Source: a virus
Lineage: Duplodnaviria; Caudoviricetes
Direction: 5' to 3' (one strand)
Virus record (IMG/VR): IMGVR_UViG_3300031555_001469
DNA: 64,000 bases
The notes beneath the pieces were generated by a model. The model saw only the letters and a list, made by a program, of their open reading frames with translations. It did no database searches and was not told where the DNA came from. Positions within the stretch are counted from its first letter, which is position 1. The number at the start of each line of letters is the position of its first letter. The position numbers were made by a program, and so were the translations under genes. Positions 1 to 8,221 of the stretch are shown in pieces.

Positions 1-135
1 TCTGTTGTACTCTTTGAGATTAGTAGCATTAGAAGCATTGAGATAGAATTTCATATCTACTGTCTTCTTTACTACCTTCTTCTCCTTCTTATCGTTTTTT
101 CTGTTGTTGTTCTGAGTCTTGCGTGTATTAGCCAT
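1..135 (-). CDS. 5' part of a gene running off the window (MANTRKTQNNNRKNDKKEKKVVKK...)
   Basis: ATG at 135 with GGAGGT SD; open frame to position 1; late-type promoter at 196-208. Confidence 0.75.
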   Translation of the reverse strand, partial: MANTRKTQNNNRKNDKKEKKVVKKTVDMKFYLNASNATNLKEYNR

Positions 136-236
136 CGCTACATACCTCCATTAAAATTAAATTATTAGACGCTTTTAGAATCACACTCTGCATCTTTACA
201 ATTATGTCATAGGTATGGTAAATTTAAACAAAAGTC

Positions 237-370
237 GTCGGGTACTCCCTCAAAGAGTACCCGACATTTGTATTTGACAGCCATAGACTGCACTTTTCGT
301 TCTTACAGATTTTCCAACCCCACTTTGTTCAACTGGTATCTTTGCCGAATTGTTTCTCCTAGAACTACTT
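237..370 (-). ncRNA. Putative ~135-nt late small RNA
   Basis: AACA-TAATAG-TAA promoter (369-381), no convincing ORF, internal hairpin 277-291 with G-U pairs only on the minus strand, terminal 11-bp hairpin 237-265. Confidence 0.5.
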
Positions 371-417
371 ACTATTATGTTGTAAAAAATTATAAAGTTA
401 ATATAAGAAAAATAAAA

Positions 418-444
418 AGCGGTGTAGATATACTCTACACCGCT
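418..444 (-). terminator. Intrinsic terminator after gyrB
   Basis: AGCGGTGTAGA/TCTACACCGCT stem followed on the minus strand by TTTTATTTT. Confidence 0.8.
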
Positions 445-487
445 TCCAATTATTTTTGCATTGTTCCTAAAACATTTCTCCTTAATT

Positions 488-2848
488 TTAATCCATTACA
501 TCCTCTTTGCTAACTTTAACGTCTTTGAGAAGTAACGATCTATCGGATTCCATTTCTCTAATGAGCTGGATTTCCTTCTTTAAGTCTTCGATATTGAAAC
601 GAATATAATTTCTTCCAATACCAGGTTTTGTTGTACTTTCTGCTAAAGCAGTATCCTTCATTTCACCAAGACCTTTATATCTATTGATATTGGCTGGTGC
701 GAAGTTATCAAACTTAAGCATGAGTTCATACAACGTAACTTTCTGACCATCAAGAATATAATACTCTTCAGCCTTGCTAATATATGTCATTACGTCTTTT
801 ACAATCATACGGAAATATTCGTTGATAAATAAAGACTTAATTCCTTCACCAACAAGGCCATCAAGATAAATCATACTACCTTCCTGAGTTACAGTTACGA
901 ACTTATATTCCTTTTCGATTGCCTTCTTAAACTTATCAAATGGTAAGTGTAATCTAAACAATACGAATTCCATAAGTTCTGGATTAACTGCATTAATATC
1001 AGACACAGATCTTAAACTTTCAAGATAACCATTGTTATTATATAACAGAGAGGTTATCTGTTTATCTGTATACTTCTTGCCAGTAGTAGCATCCTCTAAT
1101 CTGCACTTAGCACTAAATTGAGAAGTTAAGTACTGAGAGTATGCAAGTCTATCTTTGAAGTATAATGGCTCCTTACCCTTCTCTATAACTCTGTACAGAG
1201 GAGGTGTAGCAGCAAATACTCGTCCATGAATAATTAATTCTGGACAATACAGGATAAAGAACTTCAATAACAGAGATGCGATATGATCACCATCGACATC
1301 GGCGTCTGTTAAGATTACAATTCTCTTCCATTTAACTGCATCAATATTACCTTTATTCTTATTATAATCTTCATAGATAATTCTAAGAATAGCGGATACT
1401 TCTGCATTATTAAGGAACTCAGATTTCTTAGTGGTAAATGCATTCGGCAGTTTACCTCTAATCGGGAATAATCCCTGAGATGGTTTATGTCTACTATTCA
1501 TCAAGGAACCTCTAGCGGATTTACCCTCGATAATGTATAACTCCCATTCCTCATCTTTCCAAGAACCAGTAGGCTTTACATACTGTTCTGGCATACCCTG
1601 AGACAGAGAATTAGATTTATAGTTATTAGATAACTTAACCTTTTCTCCCTCAGACTTTAATCTGATTTCACAAATCTCTTTAAAGAATTTACACAGCTTC
1701 TGAAGATCCTGTGGATTCTCTTTAGACCATACTTCTAAGGATTTGCTTACAAGTTCCTTGACAAAGTCGTACATATCGGCATTGTCAAGAATCTCCTTGG
1801 CCTGACCCGAGAAAACCGGTTTCAAATGAGCTACAGAAATAATAGCCTTTAAGCTAGTTCTGATATCTGCATTTATAACACTAAGTTTCTTGTTGTTGGC
1901 AAGGTAAATCTTATTCATGTAGTTTCTAAAGAAATTGCATAATCCGTCCATAAATCCGTCCATATGCGTACCCGCAATAGTAGGACAGAAGTTACTGAAG
2001 GAATTAATATCTTCTGATGTAAGATTACTTGTATCATATGTGAAAGCTATGTCTGCTTTCATGATACCAGTCTCTAACTGCATAACTACTGGTTTGATTA
2101 ATGGTTTATTAGTCTTAAGAATTAAGTCTGTAATAATACCATCTTCATTAACCATAGTTTCTTTAATAGCTTTACCATCCATTAAGATACCGTTAAATTC
2201 AATAACAGCACCAATTTTAATTAATGGTAATAATCTCTTGATCAGACCTAATACGTCTGCACAAGTTGTTGTAATCTCACCCATGATTTCATAGGATGGG
2301 TGAAACATAATAACGGTTCCCTGTTTACCTGGGTTAGGTGCCTGCACCTCTCCCTTATCCCAAGGTTTACCGTCATAGAATTCAATATGTCTTGCATCTC
2401 CTAAGATATAGGAGTCTACAATAAACACATCACTTAAAGCATTGGTTACTTTAGAACCAACACCGTGTAAACCAGAACTGAATTCACCTTCCTTCTTTAT
2501 ATAGTTAGAAGATGTGTTCTGGGAAGTTAAGATTCTTATGATATGGCCGAAAGGTAAACCTCTACCATTATCTTCAATAATAACAGTATGATTTCTTTCA
2601 TCATAAGATACTTTGATACTTGTACATGGAGAATCCTTCTTAACTAATTCGTCGATTGAGTTCTGAAGGATTTCTCGAATCATATTGATGAAACCTTTGT
2701 TTCTCAAATATCCAATAAACTGACCAGGGTTCTGTCTAACCGCATCTACGAACTCTTCAATCGTTTTGATAGAGTCTGCATAATTCTTGATGTTTTCGAT
2801 CATAGCAGAATCCTGGATAACATTATTCACTTCAAGCTTCTTGGCCAT
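488..2848 (-). CDS. gyrB: Type IIA topoisomerase (DNA gyrase) subunit B
   Basis: GHKL motifs EILQNSIDE, DNGRG, SGLHGVG; Toprim EGKSA, DADVDG; RYKGLGEM; start moved to the ATG at 2848 behind GGAGG. Confidence 0.95.
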   Translation of the reverse strand: MAKKLEVNNVIQDSAMIENIKNYADSIKTIEEFVDAVRQNPGQFIGYLRNKGFINMIREILQNSIDELVKKDSPCTSIKVSYDERNHTVIIEDNGRGLPFGHIIRILTSQNTSSNYIKKEGEFSSGLHGVGSKVTNALSDVFIVDSYILGDARHIEFYDGKPWDKGEVQAPNPGKQGTVIMFHPSYEIMGEITTTCADVLGLIKRLLPLIKIGAVIEFNGILMDGKAIKETMVNEDGIITDLILKTNKPLIKPVVMQLETGIMKADIAFTYDTSNLTSEDINSFSNFCPTIAGTHMDGFMDGLCNFFRNYMNKIYLANNKKLSVINADIRTSLKAIISVAHLKPVFSGQAKEILDNADMYDFVKELVSKSLEVWSKENPQDLQKLCKFFKEICEIRLKSEGEKVKLSNNYKSNSLSQGMPEQYVKPTGSWKDEEWELYIIEGKSARGSLMNSRHKPSQGLFPIRGKLPNAFTTKKSEFLNNAEVSAILRIIYEDYNKNKGNIDAVKWKRIVILTDADVDGDHIASLLLKFFILYCPELIIHGRVFAATPPLYRVIEKGKEPLYFKDRLAYSQYLTSQFSAKCRLEDATTGKKYTDKQITSLLYNNNGYLESLRSVSDINAVNPELMEFVLFRLHLPFDKFKKAIEKEYKFVTVTQEGSMIYLDGLVGEGIKSLFINEYFRMIVKDVMTYISKAEEYYILDGQKVTLYELMLKFDNFAPANINRYKGLGEMKDTALAESTTKPGIGRNYIRFNIEDLKKEIQLIREMESDRSLLLKDVKVSKEDVMD

Positions 2849-2932
2849 TATATTCAACCTCCATTTATTTTTACTTACTTTTAAGTTGGAATAATGGTTA
2901 TAAAAAATATTGTACTTGTGACATTAGCAAAA

Positions 2933-2969
2933 CAATTAACCAGGGATCGTGATGACCCCTGGTTAATTG
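2933..2969 (-). terminator. Intrinsic terminator
   Basis: CAATTAACCAGGG/CCCTGGTTAATTG inverted repeat directly after the stop codon at 2978. Confidence 0.8.
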
Positions 2970-2977
2970 AATACGTA

Positions 2978-3754
2978 CTATACGTTAAGTACCTTAGAAT
3001 TTGTCACTGCACCTTCAGCTGGCTGATTCTGAGCCTGAGCAGGCTGAGCTGTCATAGCTGGCTGCTGTGCTGCGCTTGGATCTACGCCTACACCACCGAA
3101 TGGATTAACGCCCTGAGGCATCTGTCCGGTTATCATAGGCTGTGGCTGATAGCCATACATCGGCTGCTGAGCCGCTGCATTTGGATCGTACATTGGCTGC
3201 TGCATACCCATCATCTGTGGGTTGTACATAGCCATTGGATTTGTAAGCATTCCTAACATAGCGAATCCTCTCTGATTGTTCTGATCATAGATTGGATTGC
3301 CCTGTTCCTGCTTAGCAAACTCATTACAAGAAATCTCATAAAGCTTAGGAGCTTTCTTGAGTAATGGGAGCATAGCAAAATACTGCTTAGCTACACCTTC
3401 TGGAATTGTTAAATACTGAAGCTTAATGGTCTGAAGAATATCTTCCATAACCTTAGCTGCGCCTTCAACATCCTGCTGAGTCCAATCTGCCTTAAAAGTC
3501 GCACCACAAATCGGGCAATAAAGTTCACCGCTAGCTGTAGGCTGCACCACAATCTTGTTTCCTTCCTTGTGAGTACAAGCGGATGCAAGCATTTCCATCG
3601 GATCTACTGCCAGACTAAAGGATGGTCCCTTCTGTCTAAGCTGATTGATTTCCTGAGCTGTTAAAGGCTGAGTCATTGGAATGGTTCTCTGCTGACCATA
3701 TACCTGAGCTCCTGTGTTTACTCCGTAAGGTGTGAAATAGTTGTTACCGTTCAT
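2978..3754 (-). CDS. Zn-ribbon protein with Q/P/M-rich low-complexity C-terminus
   Basis: CTH...CPICG; C-terminal QQPMY/AAQQP repeats; GGAGGT SD; early promoter at 3820-3828. Confidence 0.85.
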   Translation of the reverse strand: MNGNNYFTPYGVNTGAQVYGQQRTIPMTQPLTAQEINQLRQKGPSFSLAVDPMEMLASACTHKEGNKIVVQPTASGELYCPICGATFKADWTQQDVEGAAKVMEDILQTIKLQYLTIPEGVAKQYFAMLPLLKKAPKLYEISCNEFAKQEQGNPIYDQNNQRGFAMLGMLTNPMAMYNPQMMGMQQPMYDPNAAAQQPMYGYQPQPMITGQMPQGVNPFGGVGVDPSAAQQPAMTAQPAQAQNQPAEGAVTNSKVLNV

Positions 3755-3857
3755 AATAATGTACCTCCATTAATTTGATTTTTATTTTATATGAATAGCA
3801 TTGATCTCTATTCAATACTATTATATATTATTATTTTAAAGTTTAAAGAGTTGTATT

Positions 3858-4232
3858 TTAATACTTACTCTCATTCTGATCAGATAATACGTTACTATAG
3901 TATTTCTGAATCTTAGCAGCTCTTTCGGAATCGAATTCCTTACCTCCGATGCCATTAATAGCTGTCATTGTAGATGCAGTTTCGTCAACTGGGATGAAGT
4001 ATGAGATACTTCTGATATCCTCATATCCGAAACTAATTGCTTCGATTTCTCTCTGCTTCTGAAAAGCAGGTTCTGCAGTAGGTCTAATTACATGTACCAT
4101 CTGTAATTCATCGTTCCATGTAATTACATCTGTTAGAGAATTGACAATCTGGTTATTGTCAAAGAATAACTTAAAAGGACGACTGTCCTTCTTCAATGCA
4201 TCTCTCAATGCAATCACGCTTTCTCCTAACAT
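3858..4232 (-). CDS. Hypothetical protein
   Basis: ORF; start moved to the ATG at 4232 behind AGGAGGG. Confidence 0.75.
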   Translation of the reverse strand: MLGESVIALRDALKKDSRPFKLFFDNNQIVNSLTDVITWNDELQMVHVIRPTAEPAFQKQREIEAISFGYEDIRSISYFIPVDETASTMTAINGIGGKEFDSERAAKIQKYYSNVLSDQNESKY

Positions 4233-4557
4233 TTTTCTTTCCCTCCTTTTTAGCATAAATATAATCTACATACTTCCAATAGTATTTAGGAAGGTTGTAG
4301 ACTGTTGTACCAACATTATCATCTTTCGCAATAATAAGTACATACTTCTGATAGATTATGGTATAATATCCTTCTCTGGACACCTTCTCCATATAATCTC
4401 TCAATTGTTTGTTAGTGACATCTTCACATCTGATGCCTTTTTCAATAGCTTTCTCAAGAAACTTATCCTGAGAGCCATGTTTGATATTGGCTCTCTTGGT
4501 AAGTCTCTTGGTCATATGATCAGACCGTTTAATTTTTACATTACTATCCAAAGGCAT
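4171..4557 (-). CDS. Hypothetical basic protein
   Basis: ORF fills the gap in the operon; overlaps the downstream gene. Confidence 0.65.
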   Translation of the reverse strand: MPLDSNVKIKRSDHMTKRLTKRANIKHGSQDKFLEKAIEKGIRCEDVTNKQLRDYMEKVSREGYYTIIYQKYVLIIAKDDNVGTTVYNLPKYYWKYVDYIYAKKEGKKNVRRKRDCIERCIEEGQSSF

Positions 4558-4567
4558 TACTTGACTA

Positions 4568-5047
4568 CTACAGGTTATACTTTAAGCGATTCTGATTAAT
4601 CTGAGCTGTAGCCACATTCAGAAATTCAAGATCGCCAGAGTGTATAGCCGATGTAATTGCAGTCATAATAATGTTATAAGCCTGTAAAGTTGCCTGATCA
4701 TTCATAAGATTTTCCTGAATTAAAGTTGGAGCAATTCCATACTCAGGATGCTTTAATAATTCTTCCTCACCCTTAGATCTAACGAATGCCTGGTTGAGCT
4801 TTGTCTGACAAGCGATAACTGCATTGTTAGCGAAATGAGGATTCAAGAATACCTGACCTTCATATGTGATATCGAAATTACCCATTGCGATATCTCTGAA
4901 AGATCTAATAGCATCTTTCTGCATATCCAGTGGAGTTCTCTGGTTAATATATAACTCAATATCTCCCTGGAAGTTCTTTGCGATGGTGTCTTTAAGATTA
5001 GATGGTCTCTGTTTCTTATTAGCACCGCCGGTTTGTTTCTTAGCCAT
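4568..5047 (-). CDS. Hypothetical protein
   Basis: ORF; start moved to the ATG at 5047 behind AAGGAGG. Confidence 0.8.
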   Translation of the reverse strand: MAKKQTGGANKKQRPSNLKDTIAKNFQGDIELYINQRTPLDMQKDAIRSFRDIAMGNFDITYEGQVFLNPHFANNAVIACQTKLNQAFVRSKGEEELLKHPEYGIAPTLIQENLMNDQATLQAYNIIMTAITSAIHSGDLEFLNVATAQINQNRLKYNL

Positions 5048-5069
5048 ATTATTAGCCTCCTTTAAATTT

Positions 5070-5513
5070 TTATATATCTTCACCCTCTACAATACCACCA
5101 CTGGTGACATTGATAGGAGTGTGGATATCATAATCTGTATTGCCATACTGAGCTGCATATTCATCCTCAGAATCCCCAACTACATAGTCTTCGATATCAA
5201 ATCTAGCTCCATAGTTAGTAGAATCATAGAACTCTTCCATATGCTTCATGAACTGGTAAAGATTAGCTTCTTCACCAAACTTACGTCCTTCGACTAAGAT
5301 GATAGATTCTTCTACATCTACGCCGCCGGCTTCAATAGTACTCTTGCAGTTTCTATAAGCTTCTGTTCTACCTTCAACTTTAACCCAATCAGTACTACCG
5401 TCATCATAATAATAACAAATTAAATATAACCGCATTTCAGGCGGCTTCTTAGCCTCTTTTTCTTCGTTAGATACTTTAACGATAGGCTGAATAACTTTTC
5501 TTGGATTTTCCAT
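5070..5513 (-). CDS. Hypothetical acidic protein (first gene of an early operon)
   Basis: ORF with AAAGGAG SD; early promoter at 5573-5581. Confidence 0.8.
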   Translation of the reverse strand: MENPRKVIQPIVKVSNEEKEAKKPPEMRLYLICYYYDDGSTDWVKVEGRTEAYRNCKSTIEAGGVDVEESIILVEGRKFGEEANLYQFMKHMEEFYDSTNYGARFDIEDYVVGDSEDEYAAQYGNTDYDIHTPINVTSGGIVEGEDI

Positions 5514-5572
5514 TTTATAATCTCCTTTAAATAATTTATATTGAGTTGATAATTCTATATCAACTCAATATA

Positions 5573-5581
5573 ATAATATAT
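5573..5581 (-). promoter_or_regulatory. Early (virion-RNAP type) promoter motif, minus-strand ATATATTAT; representative of 12 copies
   Basis: Same or near-identical motif at 3820, 5573, 11929, 18410, 19281, 40577, 41214, 47596, 53284, 55373, 57402, 57746; all intergenic, all minus strand, upstream of transcription units. Confidence 0.75.
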
Positions 5582-5612
5582 ATTTATTCATTTGTTTTAA
5601 TTAAAATAATAC

Positions 5613-6830
5613 TCAACTGAAGCTATATCCATTTACATACATCTTAGGACGTCTAATTACATAGATAAGACCGTTAGAAAATCTAGTAGCCCCTACATAA
5701 TTAAGCTTCTTATTGATCGCTGGATTAAGGTACTCCTCAATATAAATACCATTACAATACTGAGCACCCTGAGATATATGGGAAGTTACTGCATAAGCGA
5801 ACTCAAAGCATTCTCCTTGTTCAAACTTATCATTCTTAACCTTCTTTCTTATCTCATTATTACCAGTAAAATACTTGTAGTTACAGTGTATGTCTTTGAA
5901 GGCTGTAACCAATAAGTTAGGCTGGAAGTCTATGGTAAACATCTTCCCATCAAATCCAGAAAGATCTGGGAAGTTATTTACTGTACCCACCAACCCATTA
6001 GCTAAGTTAATACCATCGGATTGAATAAGTCTATTATTCTTTCTGCATACGACTCTCTCACCAAATGTAGGTAATTCTGAATCTACACCAAGAATCTGAT
6101 TCCTTACTCTCCTATTGATTGTTTCTCTGGTATCATTCTTTCCACATATTACAATATCGGACTGTGCTATCATCATATCGTTCATTTCATCTTCATATAT
6201 AACAACAGCGTCACCGTAATATCCTGGGTATATAGGAAGATCCTGTCTAATTCTCTCTTTCAGATAGATGATACCAGACTGCCTAGCCTGCCTCATAATC
6301 TCAGTAAGATAGAATATCTTGCTAGGATCTGTAAGATATGCTGGTTGACCTTCTACTGGCGGTAACTGATCTACGTCACCACATACAAGGACTTTTATAC
6401 CATGCATTTCAATGTATTGTTTAAGATATGAAGGTACACAGTATCCTTCATCAATAATGATTAACTTGATACCATATAACTTCTTAGGTTCGAATTCTAA
6501 TCCCATAACTGGACGGTTTAAATACGTATTCATTATGAGATTTCCCTCTACATCTTTTCTTACACCCTGGACTGGGTTGAACAGCCCAGAGTGAATAGTA
6601 GAAGCATTTACTAAGCCTTTTGTTTTTAAATTAATAGCTGCGGCGCCAATATAAGCCATAGGTAATATTTCTTCCATAGATAAACCTAATCGCTGTATAG
6701 CCTGCATCAAACAGAACGTCTTTCCAGTACCTGGGCCACCAGAATATTGGAATACAAGTTCGGATGAATGAAAAAACCAATTGTATATTGCTTTAAGTAA
6801 TTTTTCTTGCCCTTCATTCGGCGTTATCAT
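5613..6830 (-). CDS. Dda/RecD2-like SF1B DNA helicase
   Basis: Walker A GGPGTGKT, IIIDEG, GDVDQLPPV, LTEIMRQ, AYAVTSHISQG, YVGATR. Confidence 0.92.
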   Translation of the reverse strand: MITPNEGQEKLLKAIYNWFFHSSELVFQYSGGPGTGKTFCLMQAIQRLGLSMEEILPMAYIGAAAINLKTKGLVNASTIHSGLFNPVQGVRKDVEGNLIMNTYLNRPVMGLEFEPKKLYGIKLIIIDEGYCVPSYLKQYIEMHGIKVLVCGDVDQLPPVEGQPAYLTDPSKIFYLTEIMRQARQSGIIYLKERIRQDLPIYPGYYGDAVVIYEDEMNDMMIAQSDIVICGKNDTRETINRRVRNQILGVDSELPTFGERVVCRKNNRLIQSDGINLANGLVGTVNNFPDLSGFDGKMFTIDFQPNLLVTAFKDIHCNYKYFTGNNEIRKKVKNDKFEQGECFEFAYAVTSHISQGAQYCNGIYIEEYLNPAINKKLNYVGATRFSNGLIYVIRRPKMYVNGYSFS

Positions 6831-6844
6831 AATAAAACTCCTAT

Positions 6845-7321
6845 CTATTTCTTTTTTGTAGTTTTAGGTTTCTTAACAACTGGCTCAGACTTAAAGTCAA
6901 ACTTAGATACATCTTCTCCAGATTCATTTATCTGACAAATAATATCCATAATTCTTACAGACTCATTATGATATGGATTGGATTCTAATGTATCGTCTCC
7001 TGTCTTAACCTTTAGAATTTGTTTGTCCCCAGGGCCTGCAGTATTAACACAGATATCAACTCCTCGTAAACCTTCGTCTTCTAACTTATTAGAATAATAT
7101 CCAAATAAGAAATTCATAAGCTTAGGGTTATTCAAAGGATCATAGTTAATCTCATCTTTTGTTGTTCTAGTTACAGCCCCATAGTTATATTTGAGATATT
7201 TACCTTTCACTAAAATAGGCATTCCACTTTCTTCGTCTACGATATGACTATCCTCGTCAATATCCAGACCAATTTCTTTTAAAGTTAAATCTCCAAATTC
7301 AATAATATCTTTATTTTGCAT
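6845..7321 (-). CDS. Hypothetical protein
   Basis: ORF with AGGAGG SD. Confidence 0.8.
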   Translation of the reverse strand: MQNKDIIEFGDLTLKEIGLDIDEDSHIVDEESGMPILVKGKYLKYNYGAVTRTTKDEINYDPLNNPKLMNFLFGYYSNKLEDEGLRGVDICVNTAGPGDKQILKVKTGDDTLESNPYHNESVRIMDIICQINESGEDVSKFDFKSEPVVKKPKTTKKK

Positions 7322-7352
7322 AATAGCGTTCCTCCTATTGATTTATGATTTT

Positions 7353-7365
7353 AACACCTTAATAA
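7353..7365 (+). promoter_or_regulatory. Late (non-virion-RNAP type) promoter AACA-N6-TAA; representative of about 27 copies
   Basis: Plus strand at 7353, 14473, 19338, 29511, 32493, 35515, 42564, 46194, 47654; minus strand at 196, 369, 2875, 9981, 11274, 14433, 23690, 26392, 29473, 37475, 42542, 46121, 54162, 55924, 56742, 57010, 59141, 59351. The first tetramer varies (AACA/AACT/AACC/CACA/GACA). Matches the AR9 late promoter consensus. Confidence 0.85.
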
Positions 7366-7380
7366 ATGGAGGTGTTAAAC

Positions 7381-7734
7381 ATGAATAGTTTTAATACGAC
7401 TAATAATAACACTCAATCTCTTAGGCAAGAGATTGCAGTATTACAATCAGATGTAAGTAAATATAAACCTGGAAAAGCTGAGTTTCTTATCCCAGCATTA
7501 TCTATTTCCTCAGGTACATTTACTAATAAAACAAATATTAAATTAAACAATAAAGATTCGTCCTCTTCGTTAGTTTCTGTAACTACGTCTGATACAATTA
7601 CTTTAGATATACCTAAAGAATTTACCAGATACTTTAGTACAAAAATTGTAAAGAAGGGTACACGATTCATTGTTTCGTTTATCGGCGGTGATATAACTAC
7701 CGCTAGAATTACTGGATGTTTCGATAGATATTAG
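7381..7734 (+). CDS. Putative baseplate hub/spike OB-fold protein
   Basis: C-terminal FIVSFIGGDITTARITG resembles the gp5/gpV OB-fold; late promoter; start behind GGAGGT. Confidence 0.55.
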   Translation: MNSFNTTNNNTQSLRQEIAVLQSDVSKYKPGKAEFLIPALSISSGTFTNKTNIKLNNKDSSSSLVSVTTSDTITLDIPKEFTRYFSTKIVKKGTRFIVSFIGGDITTARITGCFDRY

Positions 7735-7745
7735 GAGGTAATCAT

Positions 7746-8195
7746 ATGGCACTATCTGCACCATCTTCACCTGCAAAAACATCTACCTTAGAAGAATTTA
7801 TAGCTCTTTCTTCTAAAACTATAATCAGTTATAGAAACTTATCGTTCGTTGAAAGAATTGACGACCAGCGAGAGTTCGCTATTTGGAATGTCATATCTGA
7901 CTATGAACGAGAGCTTAAAGCTCTTTCTACTGATGTTGAATTATCTGATGAAGAGTACCGTAGATATGCTTATAACCCTAAGGTATTAGCATATGATATA
8001 TACGGCTCTACAGAATTATTTTTTATCATCTTAGCTATCAATGGAATTTGTACAGCTAAAGAATTTAGTGATAAAAAAATTAAACTTATTAAGGCAACAG
8101 ATCTTGAGGAAGTTATCCAAATGATCTATAATGCTAATAAACAAGATATTGAAGTATATAATGAAAAACAGACTTCATCTGAGGACTATTGGTGA
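7746..8195 (+). CDS. Baseplate wedge protein, T4 gp53/LysM-like
   Basis: YNPKVLAYDIYGSTELFFIILAINGI LysM-like signature. Confidence 0.7.
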   Translation: MALSAPSSPAKTSTLEEFIALSSKTIISYRNLSFVERIDDQREFAIWNVISDYERELKALSTDVELSDEEYRRYAYNPKVLAYDIYGSTELFFIILAINGICTAKEFSDKKIKLIKATDLEEVIQMIYNANKQDIEVYNEKQTSSEDYW

Positions 8196-8211
8196 AAACC
8201 AGTAGTCCTCA
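8180..8211. terminator. Hairpin between convergent genes
   Basis: TGAGGACTATTGG/CCAGTAGTCCTCA. Confidence 0.7.
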
Positions 8212-8221
8212 TAAATTTTGT

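Noticed and set aside
268-513. Plus-strand 81-aa ORF and other short antisense ORFs in the track (e.g. 1935, 2894, 4141, 4866, 13625, 47277, 50984, 52520, 59434)
   Set aside because: No SD, overlap well-supported genes or terminators on the opposite strand, atypical composition
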